A stretch of DNA of 64,000 bases from an uncultured Candidatus Saccharibacteria bacterium (lineage in GTDB: Bacteria; Patescibacteriota; Dojkabacteria; SC72). The notes under the pieces were generated by a model. That model was given only the letters and a program-made list of their open reading frames with translations. It made no database searches and was not told the DNA's origin. Position numbers and translations under genes: made by a program. How positions within the stretch are numbered: position 1 is the first letter of the stretch; every line of letters begins with the position of its first letter. This document shows, piece after piece, positions 1 through 10,122 of the stretch. Location of the stretch: positions 120,940-184,939 of the forward strand of contig CAZSUV010000002.1 of assembly GCA_964610125.1 (NCBI GenBank), in the 5' to 3' direction.

Positions 1-273
1 TTTGATGGTGGTACCGATGCTACATACTACTATGCTGTAGATAGTGTGGATCAGAGGTTCATGGTGGTATGTGTATCACTTGGAGGCATTGATGACGAAA
101 ACGAAAGAGGCTTCTATTGCACAGGGGACGGAATTGGTATTCTTCCCGAAATCAGTCCTGTGACAGATACGGATATAGGAGCTCAGTCTACTGGAGATCC
201 ATTAGCAACAATAGTTAAAAGTATGGATAACTCTGATTGGCATAATGAGGATGGCTTCTCTTTAAACAATTGA
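1..273 (+). CDS. 3' end of a gene that runs in from upstream of the window; product unknown
   Basis: The open frame starts at base 1 with no start codon and stops at 273. It has no recognisable motif. It lies directly upstream of the pilin-like genes. Confidence 0.3.
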   Translation, partial: FDGGTDATYYYAVDSVDQRFMVVCVSLGGIDDENERGFYCTGDGIGILPEISPVTDTDIGAQSTGDPLATIVKSMDNSDWHNEDGFSLNN

Positions 274-309
274 TACTAATTTCTTTCTGTGCTAAATTAA
301 ATCATTGAA

Positions 310-1068
310 TTGTATATATTTACTGCCTTGAATTCTATACTGTCGTCAAAATATTCTGCATATACCCTAATGGAACTTCTGGTTGTTTTGACAATCTTCT
401 CAATCCTTGGTGCAATGTCTTTTTCCGCTTTTGGGAATTTGCAAAACACTGTAAAGATGAATGAATATGCCTTAACACTAGAACAGGATATAAGATCGGT
501 TCAGAGATCTGCAATGCTTCTTCAGAGAGATTCTGGAGAAAAATGGTTATATGGCTTAGGAATAGATTTTGGCGCAATGGGTGACAGTGGTGAATATACG
601 GTATTTAAATGGTGTTCTCCATTCAGTGATTATGGTGATGTTTTAACAAAATCTAGTCTTCCAGCATATACGCCATCAAAAACATTGGGGAGTGTAGGTA
701 CAATGAATGAACTGAATGGATATTTAACAGTTACTCCAATTGTAGAATCTTGCAGGGAGGGAGTTTCTTCTTCTTTGAGTATTTTACCAGGATATGATAA
801 ATCTACTAGGACACCCAAATCAAGTATTAGCATTACAATGGTAGACGGAAAAACACCAAGATTTGTTATCTTTGAGTCTGTATCGGGAAGAGCATTTTTT
901 TATGATACACAAGGCGTTCTCTTAAACTATGGTTCTGACGGAAAACTAATCGATGATCCCCTTCCATTTGTGATAACTATTGTACCAGCGAGTAATGTCA
1001 ATACTAGAATTATTACGATGAAGAACCTGTCAGGTAAAATTAGCATAGAATCAGTATATGGAAATTAA
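310..1068 (+). CDS. type IV pilin-like protein (large pilin or pseudopilin)
   Basis: The N-terminus reads 'KYSAYTLMELLVVLTIFSILG'. This is a prepilin-type leader followed by a hydrophobic helix with Glu at +5 relative to a likely cleavage site before Y. The true start may lie downstream of the first ATG. Confidence 0.5.
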   Translation: MYIFTALNSILSSKYSAYTLMELLVVLTIFSILGAMSFSAFGNLQNTVKMNEYALTLEQDIRSVQRSAMLLQRDSGEKWLYGLGIDFGAMGDSGEYTVFKWCSPFSDYGDVLTKSSLPAYTPSKTLGSVGTMNELNGYLTVTPIVESCREGVSSSLSILPGYDKSTRTPKSSISITMVDGKTPRFVIFESVSGRAFFYDTQGVLLNYGSDGKLIDDPLPFVITIVPASNVNTRIITMKNLSGKISIESVYGN

Positions 1069-1618
1069 AATGAAACCAAGATATGAAGGAATGGGTTTCG
1101 TGGAGGCTCTAATAGCCATTATGGTTGTTGGAGCATCCTCTATTGTATTAATGCAGATAGCAACAAAGACTTTACAAGATATGGTACAGAATGAAACGAT
1201 TGATACAATGACACAGTATGCAGTAGAAGGATCTACAATGATTCAGAATATTGCGATGCAAGAAAAATTGACGGGTGAGAACGTATTTCCCAATCCTATT
1301 AGTAATGTTAATAACTGTTATGTCGTTGATAAGGATGCAGATGATCAATACATAATTCGAAGAACAGAACAAGGTGATGTTACCTATGATTTACTAAATA
1401 GAGATCTGTATAGAACTGAAGCCGTTGTTGAAGAAGAAGCAGAAAGCCCATATTTTAGAATTTTCTGTATAGAAAGCTATGACATAACAGATACATATGC
1501 CATAGTGAAAATAGTTGTGGGACAATCCGAAGTAAATCCAGTTACCTCAAATGGTCAAAGTATAACAAAGGGCTACAGTGTCAAAGACTATACATATTTT
1601 ACAGTTGTTAATCTATGA
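1058..1618 (+). CDS. type IV pilin-like protein (minor pilin)
   Basis: The N-terminus reads 'MKPRYEG|MGFVEALIAIMVVGASSIVL'. This is a class III signal peptide with Glu at +5 and a hydrophobic N-terminal helix. The gene overlaps the previous one by 11 nt, and a start at M5 (position 1070) is plausible. Confidence 0.55.
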   Translation: MEIKMKPRYEGMGFVEALIAIMVVGASSIVLMQIATKTLQDMVQNETIDTMTQYAVEGSTMIQNIAMQEKLTGENVFPNPISNVNNCYVVDKDADDQYIIRRTEQGDVTYDLLNRDLYRTEAVVEEEAESPYFRIFCIESYDITDTYAIVKIVVGQSEVNPVTSNGQSITKGYSVKDYTYFTVVNL

Positions 1619-2328
1619 GAGACATATTTAATACAAAAGAAAAATACGAAGGTTTTAGCCTTGTTGAAATGTTAATAACCATTGTTATTATGGGTGTGGT
1701 TATGTTAACAGCCTCTTCTACTCTGACTACCTTGATAAAAATTTCAACAGTATCAAGTAATAAAACTCGTGTAAGGTCAGAAAGTGAATTCGTGCTAGAA
1801 CTCGTAAGGAGGACTGTACGTAATTCTAATCCATCCGATGTATATATTTTCGATTCAAGTGATGTTCGAAAATATGATCCGGAAGCAAATATAGTTATAA
1901 ATAATGATGGAAACCCTCAAAGTCCTGCTGTTTTGCAAGCATATGCTAATCCCGAAACTGAGAATATCGCAGGAAATGAGATTCATTTTAGGCCATATGG
2001 ATATGAAAGCTGGATATGTATTGCATATTTTCAATCTACTGCTAATGATGGTATGGGGTATATCCTTAAGACCTCTGCTCCCAACCTACTAAATAATCAG
2101 GCTACTTGCTTCGATGAAGATGCCAGTAAGTACGTTATTGCACTAAATTCTGAGGTAGTCAATATTCTTAATTTTGATATTGCATATACAATTTTAAAAG
2201 ATTCAAACTATTTAATTAGATTTGATATTGAATCAGAGCCAACTCAGTGGTATCTTGCTGAAGGAGCACCTGTAAAAAAGGTCGTTCATAGGCAAGCTGT
2301 TGTCTCGACGGAAGGAATTTTGTGGTAG
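1615..2328 (+). CDS. type IV pilin-like protein
   Basis: 'KYEG|FSLVEMLITIVIMGVVML' is a canonical G|F-x-x-x-E prepilin peptidase site followed by a transmembrane helix. The gene overlaps the preceding one by 4 nt (ATGA). Confidence 0.65.
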   Translation: MRDIFNTKEKYEGFSLVEMLITIVIMGVVMLTASSTLTTLIKISTVSSNKTRVRSESEFVLELVRRTVRNSNPSDVYIFDSSDVRKYDPEANIVINNDGNPQSPAVLQAYANPETENIAGNEIHFRPYGYESWICIAYFQSTANDGMGYILKTSAPNLLNNQATCFDEDASKYVIALNSEVVNILNFDIAYTILKDSNYLIRFDIESEPTQWYLAEGAPVKKVVHRQAVVSTEGILW

Positions 2329-2406
2329 GTACTTAACATATACATGAATATCTGATTATACTGTATATAAGTATATGGGAATTATTAAATTTTTATATTT
2401 ATAGAT

Positions 2407-2787
2407 ATGGCTAAAACAATACTAATAGTTGAAGATGATAAGCAATTATTGGACTCTTATAAGGAGCTTGTAGAAACTGCTGGGTATACTTGCTTGACTG
2501 CCAACGATGGATATCATGGCTTAGATGTAATGACACAGCAGATGGGCATTGTAGCGCTTGTATTGCTTGATCTAATGATGCCTGGGGTTGATGGCCTCGA
2601 AGTTTTGAGAGCTGTAAAATCTAATCCAGAGAAATATGGAAATGTTCCCGTTGTAGTATTAACAAATATGACTAGTGATGCTGTTATCAAAGAAGCATTT
2701 GATTTAGGAGCTTCTTCTTACCTAGTTAAGACTGATATAGATTATGAAGGCCTGATAAAAGAATTAAATAAATATCTTGGGGAGTAA
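2407..2787 (+). CDS. stand-alone CheY-like response regulator receiver domain (PilH/PilG-like)
   Basis: 'ILIVEDD' supplies the acidic pair, 'LLDLMMPGVDG' the phospho-acceptor Asp, 'VVVLTNM' the conserved Thr and 'YLVKTD' the conserved Lys. It is 126 aa with no output domain and sits inside the pilus gene cluster. Confidence 0.85.
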   Translation: MAKTILIVEDDKQLLDSYKELVETAGYTCLTANDGYHGLDVMTQQMGIVALVLLDLMMPGVDGLEVLRAVKSNPEKYGNVPVVVLTNMTSDAVIKEAFDLGASSYLVKTDIDYEGLIKELNKYLGE

Positions 2788-2858
2788 TTTTGTTGCCCTA
2801 CTCTTTTTTTGCTATTATATATAAATATTAAAAGTTAAACTTAGATAAACTGCTCAAT

Positions 2859-3890
2859 ATGGCTAAGTTGCCCGACCATGTAGGTATAGATTTTGGTACT
2901 CACTCAGTGAAAGCTGTTGAGTTGAAGAATATTTCCTCGGATACTCCAGAGCTTGTAAATCTTGGATCTCAAATTACTCCGAAAGGTGTTATAAACAGTG
3001 AAGATAAAGCTGATCAAACAAAACTCGCTGATGTACTTAAAAAGCTTTATGACTCATCGAAGATAAAGAATAAATCTGTAGTTATGGCTCTTCCTGAATT
3101 TTCAGTATTTACTAGGTTCTTGGAATTTCCAGGAGTTAAACTCGAAGAGTTAAAAGATGCTGTGTATTTTGAGGCTAAACAGTATATCCCAATGCCACTT
3201 GATGAAGTTCAATTGAGCTATATTACAATAGGATTTAATCAAACCAAAAATGCGCCTCGTGTACTTTTAGTTGCTGCTCCTCGAAAGATTATTGACATAT
3301 ATATTAATGTCGCTATGAATGCAGGTCTGGAACTTGCTGCTATTGAGACAGAATCTGTTGCAATGGGAAGGGCTATGTACCGTGCTACAAAGAAGAAAGA
3401 CCTAGTAATGTTGGATTTTGGGGCAAACAGCACAGATATGAGTATTCTTTCTGAAGGATATTTAGTATTTTCTCAAAGCATTGCAATTGGATCAGATTCT
3501 TTAACACAGTCTATTGTTAATAAATTCAATTTTGAATATTCAAGAGCTGAGGAATTTAAACGAAACTATGGTGTTGTGGAAAACGTTTTAGAAGGAAAAA
3601 TATATAATGTGCTCTCTCCTATCGTTGAATCTATATTGGTTGAAGTTAGAAGAGGAATTGAATTCTACAAAAACAAAACATTAGTTGCAGCACCTATGGA
3701 TTATATTTTAAATGGAGATGGCGCTCTTCTTCCAGGTTTAATAGAATATGTATCTAAGAGTTTAGGTGTGAATGTCTCTATTGCTACACCTTGGAATTCT
3801 ATAAAAATTGATAATAAATTTAAAGACATAATAGCGAAGAGTGGCCCTTCATACTCAGTAGCTATTGGATTAGCATTAAAAGATGAATAA
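2859..3890 (+). CDS. pilM: type IV pilus assembly protein PilM (actin-like ATPase fold)
   Basis: The N-terminus 'VGIDFGTHSVKAVEL' is an actin/FtsA-like phosphate-1 motif. It is 343 aa and is followed by PilN/PilO-like genes. Confidence 0.8.
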   Translation: MAKLPDHVGIDFGTHSVKAVELKNISSDTPELVNLGSQITPKGVINSEDKADQTKLADVLKKLYDSSKIKNKSVVMALPEFSVFTRFLEFPGVKLEELKDAVYFEAKQYIPMPLDEVQLSYITIGFNQTKNAPRVLLVAAPRKIIDIYINVAMNAGLELAAIETESVAMGRAMYRATKKKDLVMLDFGANSTDMSILSEGYLVFSQSIAIGSDSLTQSIVNKFNFEYSRAEEFKRNYGVVENVLEGKIYNVLSPIVESILVEVRRGIEFYKNKTLVAAPMDYILNGDGALLPGLIEYVSKSLGVNVSIATPWNSIKIDNKFKDIIAKSGPSYSVAIGLALKDE

Positions 3891-4587
3891 TAATACCCCT
3901 GATATCAAAAATATATTCACAAAAATAAGAGCACAAAAGCCTGCCATAAAGACTGATAAATCAGTTTCTCCGCTTACTCCTTCTCAAAAAAATGAGATTT
4001 CCAAACCCGGATTTGAAAATATTATGGCAGAAAAAGGTGTCAATCTAATACCAACTCTTTCAAAAGAAGAAGTTGTCGTAGCAGAAAAAAAGAAAAAATT
4101 AAATGTTAGTTCTATTGTTAGCCTTTTGATATTAGTAATTGTTTCTATTCTTATAATAGGATTTAATATTGTTTCTAGGATGTCGCTGAATAATGAAAAG
4201 GGAAAATTAAAAACATACGAAACTCAAGTAAGCGGAATGGCACAAAAGATTATTTCCAGTAATGAAATCACTGAAAGAGTTCAATTGTATAATCGAGTTC
4301 TGGGAGAAACCTATTCTCCTAAAAGTGTTGTTGACTATCTAAATGCCATTGCCTCAAAAAGCGGATCTTCTGTTATTAGCAATTTTGCATTGGGTGAAAA
4401 TCTGCTTTTCACGATTGAAGGAAAGGCCTCAGACATGGAAAATATCTCAAAATTTTGGTATTTGCTAAGCAATGATCCAAAAATGGAGACAGTAACCCTT
4501 CAATCAGTTGGAAATAGTGATAATAACGTAAGATTTGTTTTTAAAGGAAAGTTGATTTTGAAAGAATTCTTAAGTTCAGTTAATTAA
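3883..4587 (+). CDS. PilN-like bitopic membrane protein
   Basis: It has a single transmembrane segment ('IVSLLILVIVSILIIGFNIV') followed by coiled-coil-like sequence. It sits in the PilN position after pilM and overlaps pilM by 8 nt. Confidence 0.5.
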   Translation: MNNNTPDIKNIFTKIRAQKPAIKTDKSVSPLTPSQKNEISKPGFENIMAEKGVNLIPTLSKEEVVVAEKKKKLNVSSIVSLLILVIVSILIIGFNIVSRMSLNNEKGKLKTYETQVSGMAQKIISSNEITERVQLYNRVLGETYSPKSVVDYLNAIASKSGSSVISNFALGENLLFTIEGKASDMENISKFWYLLSNDPKMETVTLQSVGNSDNNVRFVFKGKLILKEFLSSVN

Positions 4588-4590
4588 AAA

Positions 4591-5307
4591 ATGCCAATAG
4601 CTTCAAACTTAGCAAGTGCTACAAAAACTAAAAAAGAGATAGATGCGATAAGTGAGAGAGTAAGAAAGACAAAGCTGAAGGTAACGGATGTCATAATCCC
4701 TATTTTGGTTGTAATTATTCTTGTTATCCTTGGGGTATTCGTATTTGTTCCGATGATAAAAAAGGCAATATCATTCCAAGCTGAGCATGCCTCTGTAGTT
4801 GAGAAAGAGAAGAAGCTAATAGAATTAAAAGAAACTTTAAACACTATGGATGAGGGTATTCTGCAAAGTGACTTAATTAATGCACAGAAGGTAATACCAA
4901 ATACTTTAAAGGTATCAAGTTTTATGTACTATATTGATAATCTAGCTTCTGAAAAGGGGCTAACCTCCTCTGAGATTTCTGCTGGTGATATTAAAATAAA
5001 TACTGAAGGAGAAACTAGTGATGGAAACTATATCTTGGGGGTTAGCGGACCTTTAGCGTATGAAGGAACTTTGACTAACGCTTTAAGTTTTCTTGATAGC
5101 CTTTATTCCATATCTCCTTATATAATAACCATTGAAAATCTTGAGCTAGAGGCATTTAATAATTCATGGAAGATCAGTCTTTCAGTTACAGGGTATTATG
5201 TTCCAGTATCCGCATCAAGCGCAGATGTTTATTCAACATTTACACCGTATAGTAAATACTCAGATATCGTGAAGATATTTGAAACAAAAGCTAGTCAGTT
5301 AGACTAG
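4591..5307 (+). CDS. PilO-like bitopic membrane protein
   Basis: It has a single transmembrane segment ('IIPILVVIILVILGVFVFVPM') followed by a coiled coil ('EKEKKLIELKETLNTMDEG'). It sits in the PilO position. Confidence 0.45.
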   Translation: MPIASNLASATKTKKEIDAISERVRKTKLKVTDVIIPILVVIILVILGVFVFVPMIKKAISFQAEHASVVEKEKKLIELKETLNTMDEGILQSDLINAQKVIPNTLKVSSFMYYIDNLASEKGLTSSEISAGDIKINTEGETSDGNYILGVSGPLAYEGTLTNALSFLDSLYSISPYIITIENLELEAFNNSWKISLSVTGYYVPVSASSADVYSTFTPYSKYSDIVKIFETKASQLD

Positions 5308-5642
5308 ATTTCATCATAAAGCATATTATCATTATCGGAAGTTGTTACCTGTTGGTCCTCTTCTTGTTTTGGAGCTTCTGTATCATCTCTATGTCCAGCC
5401 TTATCATCTTTAATTAAGACCTTAACTCTTTTATCATTTCTGATAGCATGTATCGTTATCAAATCTCTAATAGCATTAATAGTTCTACCCTTTCTACCAA
5501 TAACTACACCCTTGTCATCCTCAGCAACATCAATAGTAAGAATAATTAAACCAGGAAAGTCTTGACTTTCTTTTTCTTCAATAGCGACATTATCTGGGTG
5601 ATTTACGATTGACTTAACAATGTGATCTAGGAGTTCTTTCAT
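5304..5642 (-). CDS. KH-domain RNA-binding protein (YlqC/KhpA family)
   Basis: 'VIGRKGRTINAIRDL' is the GXXG KH loop. The gene lies immediately downstream of rpsP, which is the conserved rpsP-KH gene order. Confidence 0.75.
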   Translation of the reverse strand: MKELLDHIVKSIVNHPDNVAIEEKESQDFPGLIILTIDVAEDDKGVVIGRKGRTINAIRDLITIHAIRNDKRVKVLIKDDKAGHRDDTEAPKQEEDQQVTTSDNDNMLYDEI

Positions 5643-5685
5643 TTATGTATTCAAAATAATTAAAATACTTTGAATTATTATACAA

Positions 5686-5985
5686 CTATTTTTCTTCTTT
5701 TGTCTTCTTTTCTGTGCTTGGCTTTGTAGAGCCTCTTTTGAGGGCCTTGATCAAGCCTAGCTTTACGAAATACTGAGCTATAGTATCAGATGGTTGCGCA
5801 CCACTCTTGAGCCATTTAGCTGCCTCTTCTTTATCTACTTCAAATGTAGTTGGATTGTTTCTTGGATTGTAATATCCAATTTCTGCAATAGCTTTACCAT
5901 CTCTAGGTTTGCTGTCTTGCATGACAACAATCTTGTAATGTGGTTGGGCTCTTCTACCTGTTCTTTTTAGTCTTATTTTTAACAT
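5686..5985 (-). CDS. rpsP: 30S ribosomal protein S16
   Basis: The N-terminus 'MLKIRLKRTGRRAQPHYKIVV' is an S16 signature. Confidence 0.9.
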   Translation of the reverse strand: MLKIRLKRTGRRAQPHYKIVVMQDSKPRDGKAIAEIGYYNPRNNPTTFEVDKEEAAKWLKSGAQPSDTIAQYFVKLGLIKALKRGSTKPSTEKKTKEEK

Positions 5986-6012
5986 AATGGGAATTCTATC
6001 AAATGAATCAGA

Positions 6013-6720
6013 TTAATTCAAGGTTTTTCCTTGTTTATTTAATATTTCTACAGTTGCTTTGGCTGCATCTTCCTCAGCTTTCTGTTTACTAGAACCTGTA
6101 CCAACTGCTATCTCTTTATTATTTATCTTCAATGCTACAGTAAATATCTTGTCATGATCAGGACCTTCTTGTTTGACAACCTCATATACTGGAGTTACCT
6201 TAAACTGAGATTGAATCATTTCTTGTGCTTGTGTCTTAGGATCAATGAAAAGATTATTCTCAACAATTCGATCTACTTTCTTCAAAAGCGTTCTTTCAAT
6301 ATATTCTCTACATACATCCAAGCCTTGATCTTGATATATTGCACCTAAGATTGCTTCAAAAGTATTTGCTAAGAGATAGTCCTTGTCTCGTCCACCTGAT
6401 TCCTTCTCTCCTTTAGACATTCTTAAGTGTTCACCTAATCCTAGATTCCGAGATTCCTCTGCTAAGCTTTCTGTTCTTACAACAGCAGCTCGAATATTGG
6501 TTAATTCACCTTCTGGTTTTTCTGGATATTTACTGTAAAGATATGTTGAAATCAGAAGCTCTAAGACTGCATCTCCGAGAAATTCTATTCTTTCATTATT
6601 CTGAAGTGCTATTTCCCTATGTTCATTTAAGTATGATCTATGTGTCAAAGCATTGTCTAACAAAGTCCTGTCTTTAAACACTATCCCTAATTTTGCTTCT
6701 ATTTCTTCGTAATTATTCAT
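6013..6720 (-). CDS. rnc: ribonuclease III
   Basis: '[16 protein letters not shown]' is the RNase III catalytic signature, and a C-terminal dsRBD is present. The ORF-track start (6759) would overlap nusB, so the Met at 6720 ('[11 protein letters not shown]') is preferred; it gives an 8-nt overlap with the nusB stop. Confidence 0.85.
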   Translation of the reverse strand: MNNYEEIEAKLGIVFKDRTLLDNALTHRSYLNEHREIALQNNERIEFLGDAVLELLISTYLYSKYPEKPEGELTNIRAAVVRTESLAEESRNLGLGEHLRMSKGEKESGGRDKDYLLANTFEAILGAIYQDQGLDVCREYIERTLLKKVDRIVENNLFIDPKTQAQEMIQSQFKVTPVYEVVKQEGPDHDKIFTVALKINNKEIAVGTGSSKQKAEEDAAKATVEILNKQGKTLN

Positions 6721-7147
6721 CTTTCTTTGCTTCTTCATATATTGCACCAAGTACACCATTCACAAATTTTCCACTTGTATCTCCTCCAAAATCCTTTGCT
6801 ATTTCAATTGCTTCATCAATTGCTACTTTAGGTGGAGTCTTCTTTCCTACAAATCCTTCAAATATTGCTATTCTTAGTATCTGTAAATCAACTAACTTCA
6901 TCTGTGAGATTGGCCATTGTGGGGCATATTTAGTAATGAGGTTATCAATCTCTTCTTTTTGATTATTTACACCATCTACAATTCCATTGAAAAGCTCAAG
7001 GTTATACTCTTCTATTTCATCTAATTCGATTAATTGCTCTACAGGAATTTCTGCTACGTCTTGATTTCCACTGTTGAAGTAACTTGAAAATAGTCTTTGT
7101 AATGCAAGAATTCTCGCTAAGTGCCTTGGGTCAGATGCTCTTTTCAT
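6713..7147 (-). CDS. nusB: transcription antitermination factor NusB
   Basis: '[13 protein letters not shown]' is a NusB N-terminal motif. The protein is 144 aa. Confidence 0.85.
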   Translation of the reverse strand: MKRASDPRHLARILALQRLFSSYFNSGNQDVAEIPVEQLIELDEIEEYNLELFNGIVDGVNNQKEEIDNLITKYAPQWPISQMKLVDLQILRIAIFEGFVGKKTPPKVAIDEAIEIAKDFGGDTSGKFVNGVLGAIYEEAKKDE

Positions 7148-7153
7148 ATGTTA

Positions 7154-7333
7154 TTATGATTTTTTAGTTTCTTTCTTTTCCTTGTAAAAACCACATGATG
7201 GACATGCAAAATGTGCTCGTTTTACGTTTCCGCATTTTGGACATTTTGACATACCTGTAACTTTAAGTGCATTGTGTGATCGTCTTTGTCCACGTACGCT
7301 ACTTGAAATTTTTCTTTTTGGAAGTGCTCCCAT
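7154..7333 (-). CDS. rpmF: 50S ribosomal protein L32
   Basis: This gene was found by hand translation and is absent from the ORF track because it is only 59 aa. It reads 'MGALPKRKISSSVRGQRRSHNALKVTGMSKCPKCGNVKRAHFACPSCGFYKEKKETKKS', with the N-terminal 'PKRK' motif and a CxxC...CxxC zinc ribbon typical of L32. Confidence 0.8.
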   Translation of the reverse strand: MGALPKRKISSSVRGQRRSHNALKVTGMSKCPKCGNVKRAHFACPSCGFYKEKKETKKS

Positions 7334-7363
7334 TGCTTTAAATATTTATATTATCAATCTTGG

Positions 7364-7392
7364 ATTATATTCGATATATTGCTCTTTTTCAA
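7364..7392 (-). promoter_or_regulatory. sigma70-type promoter (TTGAAA-N17-TATAAT) upstream of rpmF
   Basis: On the minus strand the sequence reads TTGAAAaagagcaatatatcgaaTATAAT. It lies between the clpC-like stop (7397) and the rpmF start (7333). Confidence 0.4.
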
Positions 7393-7396
7393 CAGC

Positions 7397-10120
7397 TTAT
7401 ATAATCCAGCTCTCTCTTATGTTTATTTCTGCTCCAGATTTTAGATTTCCTTCTATGATTTCTTTAGCTATTTCACCCTCTATTCTATCCTGTATGTATC
7501 TTTTGATAGGTCTTGCACCCATTCCTGGCTCATTTGATTTATTCGCAACTAACATTGGTATCTGGTTATTCCATTTGAGGATCATACCCTTGTCAGCAAG
7601 CCTCTTTGCTAATTCTGCGAGTAGTAATTCTGAAATCTGAGTTAGATTATTAATATCATGTGGTGCAAATACAATTACTTTGTCAAAACGATTGAGCAAT
7701 TCTGGTCTAAGGTATTGTCTTAATTCTAGTAATACTCTGTTTTTTGCTTCATCCCAAAGTGAAGCGTCTTTTTCAAGTGCTTCTAGAAGAATTTGGCTTC
7801 CAATATTGCTTGTACAGATTATTACTGTATTTGTGAAGTCTACGGTTTCTCCGGCACTACTTGTAAGTCTGCCTTCATCAAATATTTGTAAGAAGAGATT
7901 TAATATATCTGGGTGGGCTTTTTCGATTTCATCAAAAAGTACAACTGTATATGGATTGGATTTAACTCTGTCTACCAGTGTAATTTGTGATTGCCCCATT
8001 ATATTGGTTTGGGTAGACGAACCTAAGAATTTGTCTATACTCGATACATCCTGATATTCAGACATATCAATTCTAATTATATCTTGTTTGTTACCAAAGA
8101 ATTCTTCACCTACAACCTTAGCAAGATATGTTTTACCAACACCTGTAGGCCCTATGAACAAGAATGTCCCAATTGGTTTATCTGCACTCCTAATATCTGT
8201 CCTTGCTCTTCTCAGGGCTTCTGTGATTGCAATGATGGCCTCGTCTTGTCCTACAATTCTAGACTTAATGTTCTCTTCTAATTTCCTCAATCGATTACTT
8301 TCTTCTTGATCTATTTCTGTAATATTTATGTTTTTTTGTATAGATATAGCCTTTGAAACATGCTCAGATGTAATCTTGGGGATATTGTTTGATTGTGCCC
8401 ATGAACATGTAGCCTCAATGGTTTGTACTGCACTACTTGGTAATTTCCTGTCTCTAATATATCTCTGTGCTAATTCAACGGAAGCTACTAAAGCTGGGAA
8501 GGTGATATAGCAGGAGAAGTTGGATTCAAGTTCCGCTACTTTGGTTTCAAGAATTTTTAATGTATCAGTTGTGCTTACTTCTTTTACTTCAATATTACTA
8601 AAGCTTTGTCTAAGAGATTCATTACTGTAAAAATACTTTTTGTAATCAGCATAGTTTATCGTCCCTATTATCGGGAACTTACTATTCATTATGTATGGAA
8701 GCATTACTCCCGCTATGGATTGACCTGATTCTTCGGCCTTTGCGGGAATTAATTCCTGCATTTCATCTATGTAAAGGATTGTGTTCCCAGCATTACCCAA
8801 CTCTTCCATGGCTTTGATTATCAGTTGCTCAATGTTTTTCTCTCCTGAAGCTTGCGCAATTAATCCATTTACGTCAAATTGAACGACGCGTTTGTCCTTT
8901 AATTGAATTGGTACATTTCCAGTGTTGATTCTTTGGGCAACTCCAAGTATTAGGCTTGATTTACCTACTCCAGCCTCACCAATTAGGAGTGCATTTTTGT
9001 TTGAAATCTTTCCTAAAACTGATACCAAATTCTCAATTTCTTCCTCATGTCCGATTCCAAATGTATCCTGGTTTTCAGCAACGACACGGGTTAAATCTTT
9101 GCTAAAGTGACTAAGTATGAAGGTATATCCGAAGACCCATTGCTTTGCAATTCCTCCTCTTCTGTAATATGGAATTTTAATATCCAAGAAATTTGCTCTG
9201 TTCTTCTTGTTTATGACCTTATTGTTGTACAAACAAATCTCTCTAAAGATATCGATTGTAATATTCTTGGTTTGAAGAAATTTTTGTAATTGAGGAAATA
9301 TCCTAGTTATGGCAAGAAATATGTGTTGAGGTTGAACCTCTTTACTCTCAGTAAGTAAGGCTTCTTCAACCGCATATGTGAGCAAACTTCTGTATGCCGT
9401 AATGTGATATTGTGGTAGTGATTCTGCGTTTACTTTGAAATCTTTTTCTAATTCCTCAATACCCATTTCAATTCCGGATCTTCTAATGAGTTGTTGTACT
9501 TCAAAATTATCAGTAAGCAAATGCTTGTAAAGCTCAAATATGGAGAAGTGGTTATCCTTAGTGTAGGTGCAGAGCATCTCAAGAGTTTCTTGATTAGTGA
9601 AATGTACTATCTCCAGGTGTGCATACCTACCGAATTTAAATCCTGTCGCCCTTATTTCATCTAACTCTTTTGGAGATATTTTCTTAGCAATTGGGAGTTG
9701 TACAGGATGGCTTTTTTCTTCGTAGAAATCATGCCAAAGAATTATGACACCAAGTATGGATAACCCAAAGAGTACTCCACTCCACTTTGAATCTATGAAC
9801 TGAACGATGAATGAACTATCATCTAAAAGGTTTGCATATCTAAAAATGAAACCAACAGCTACAAAGATACCTGGGACAATGATAATGTTGGCAAGGATAC
9901 GAACAACGTCGTGGACTTTTTTGTATCTTAAGAAGTTCTTAATTACTGAAGCTATCTGTTGGGTTGAGATTGAAAAGAAATGGTCCCTAGTGACCAAGAA
10001 TGTAGCCTCATTTTCATTTTCAAGTATTGGGTATTTCTTTTCAATAATGCCAACGCGACCAGTATCTTTTTTATGATATCCACATATTGTTTTCTGTTGC
10101 ATTTCGAAATCTAGTGCCAT
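7397..10120 (-). CDS. ClpA/ClpC-family two-ring AAA+ unfoldase with an N-terminal two-TM membrane anchor
   Basis: D1 has Walker A 'GEAGVGKSSL' and Walker B 'ILYIDEMQEL'. D2 has 'GPTGVGKTYLAK' and 'VVLFDEIEKAHPD'. The inter-domain linker is short and ClpA-like ('RIVGQDEAI'). Residues around 240-330 resemble a Clp_N repeat pair ('LTYAVEEALLTESKEVQPQHIFLAI'). Residues around 85-150 contain two hydrophobic helices ('IIVPGIFVAVGFIF', 'WSGVLFGLSILGVIILW'). Confidence 0.8.
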   Translation of the reverse strand: MALDFEMQQKTICGYHKKDTGRVGIIEKKYPILENENEATFLVTRDHFFSISTQQIASVIKNFLRYKKVHDVVRILANIIIVPGIFVAVGFIFRYANLLDDSSFIVQFIDSKWSGVLFGLSILGVIILWHDFYEEKSHPVQLPIAKKISPKELDEIRATGFKFGRYAHLEIVHFTNQETLEMLCTYTKDNHFSIFELYKHLLTDNFEVQQLIRRSGIEMGIEELEKDFKVNAESLPQYHITAYRSLLTYAVEEALLTESKEVQPQHIFLAITRIFPQLQKFLQTKNITIDIFREICLYNNKVINKKNRANFLDIKIPYYRRGGIAKQWVFGYTFILSHFSKDLTRVVAENQDTFGIGHEEEIENLVSVLGKISNKNALLIGEAGVGKSSLILGVAQRINTGNVPIQLKDKRVVQFDVNGLIAQASGEKNIEQLIIKAMEELGNAGNTILYIDEMQELIPAKAEESGQSIAGVMLPYIMNSKFPIIGTINYADYKKYFYSNESLRQSFSNIEVKEVSTTDTLKILETKVAELESNFSCYITFPALVASVELAQRYIRDRKLPSSAVQTIEATCSWAQSNNIPKITSEHVSKAISIQKNINITEIDQEESNRLRKLEENIKSRIVGQDEAIIAITEALRRARTDIRSADKPIGTFLFIGPTGVGKTYLAKVVGEEFFGNKQDIIRIDMSEYQDVSSIDKFLGSSTQTNIMGQSQITLVDRVKSNPYTVVLFDEIEKAHPDILNLFLQIFDEGRLTSSAGETVDFTNTVIICTSNIGSQILLEALEKDASLWDEAKNRVLLELRQYLRPELLNRFDKVIVFAPHDINNLTQISELLLAELAKRLADKGMILKWNNQIPMLVANKSNEPGMGARPIKRYIQDRIEGEIAKEIIEGNLKSGAEINIRESWII

Positions 10121-10122
10121 GG

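Noticed and set aside
6154-6962. Plus-strand ORFs 6154-6348 and 6693-6962 within rnc and nusB
   Set aside because: They are antisense to well-supported genes with clear catalytic motifs. They are shadow ORFs.
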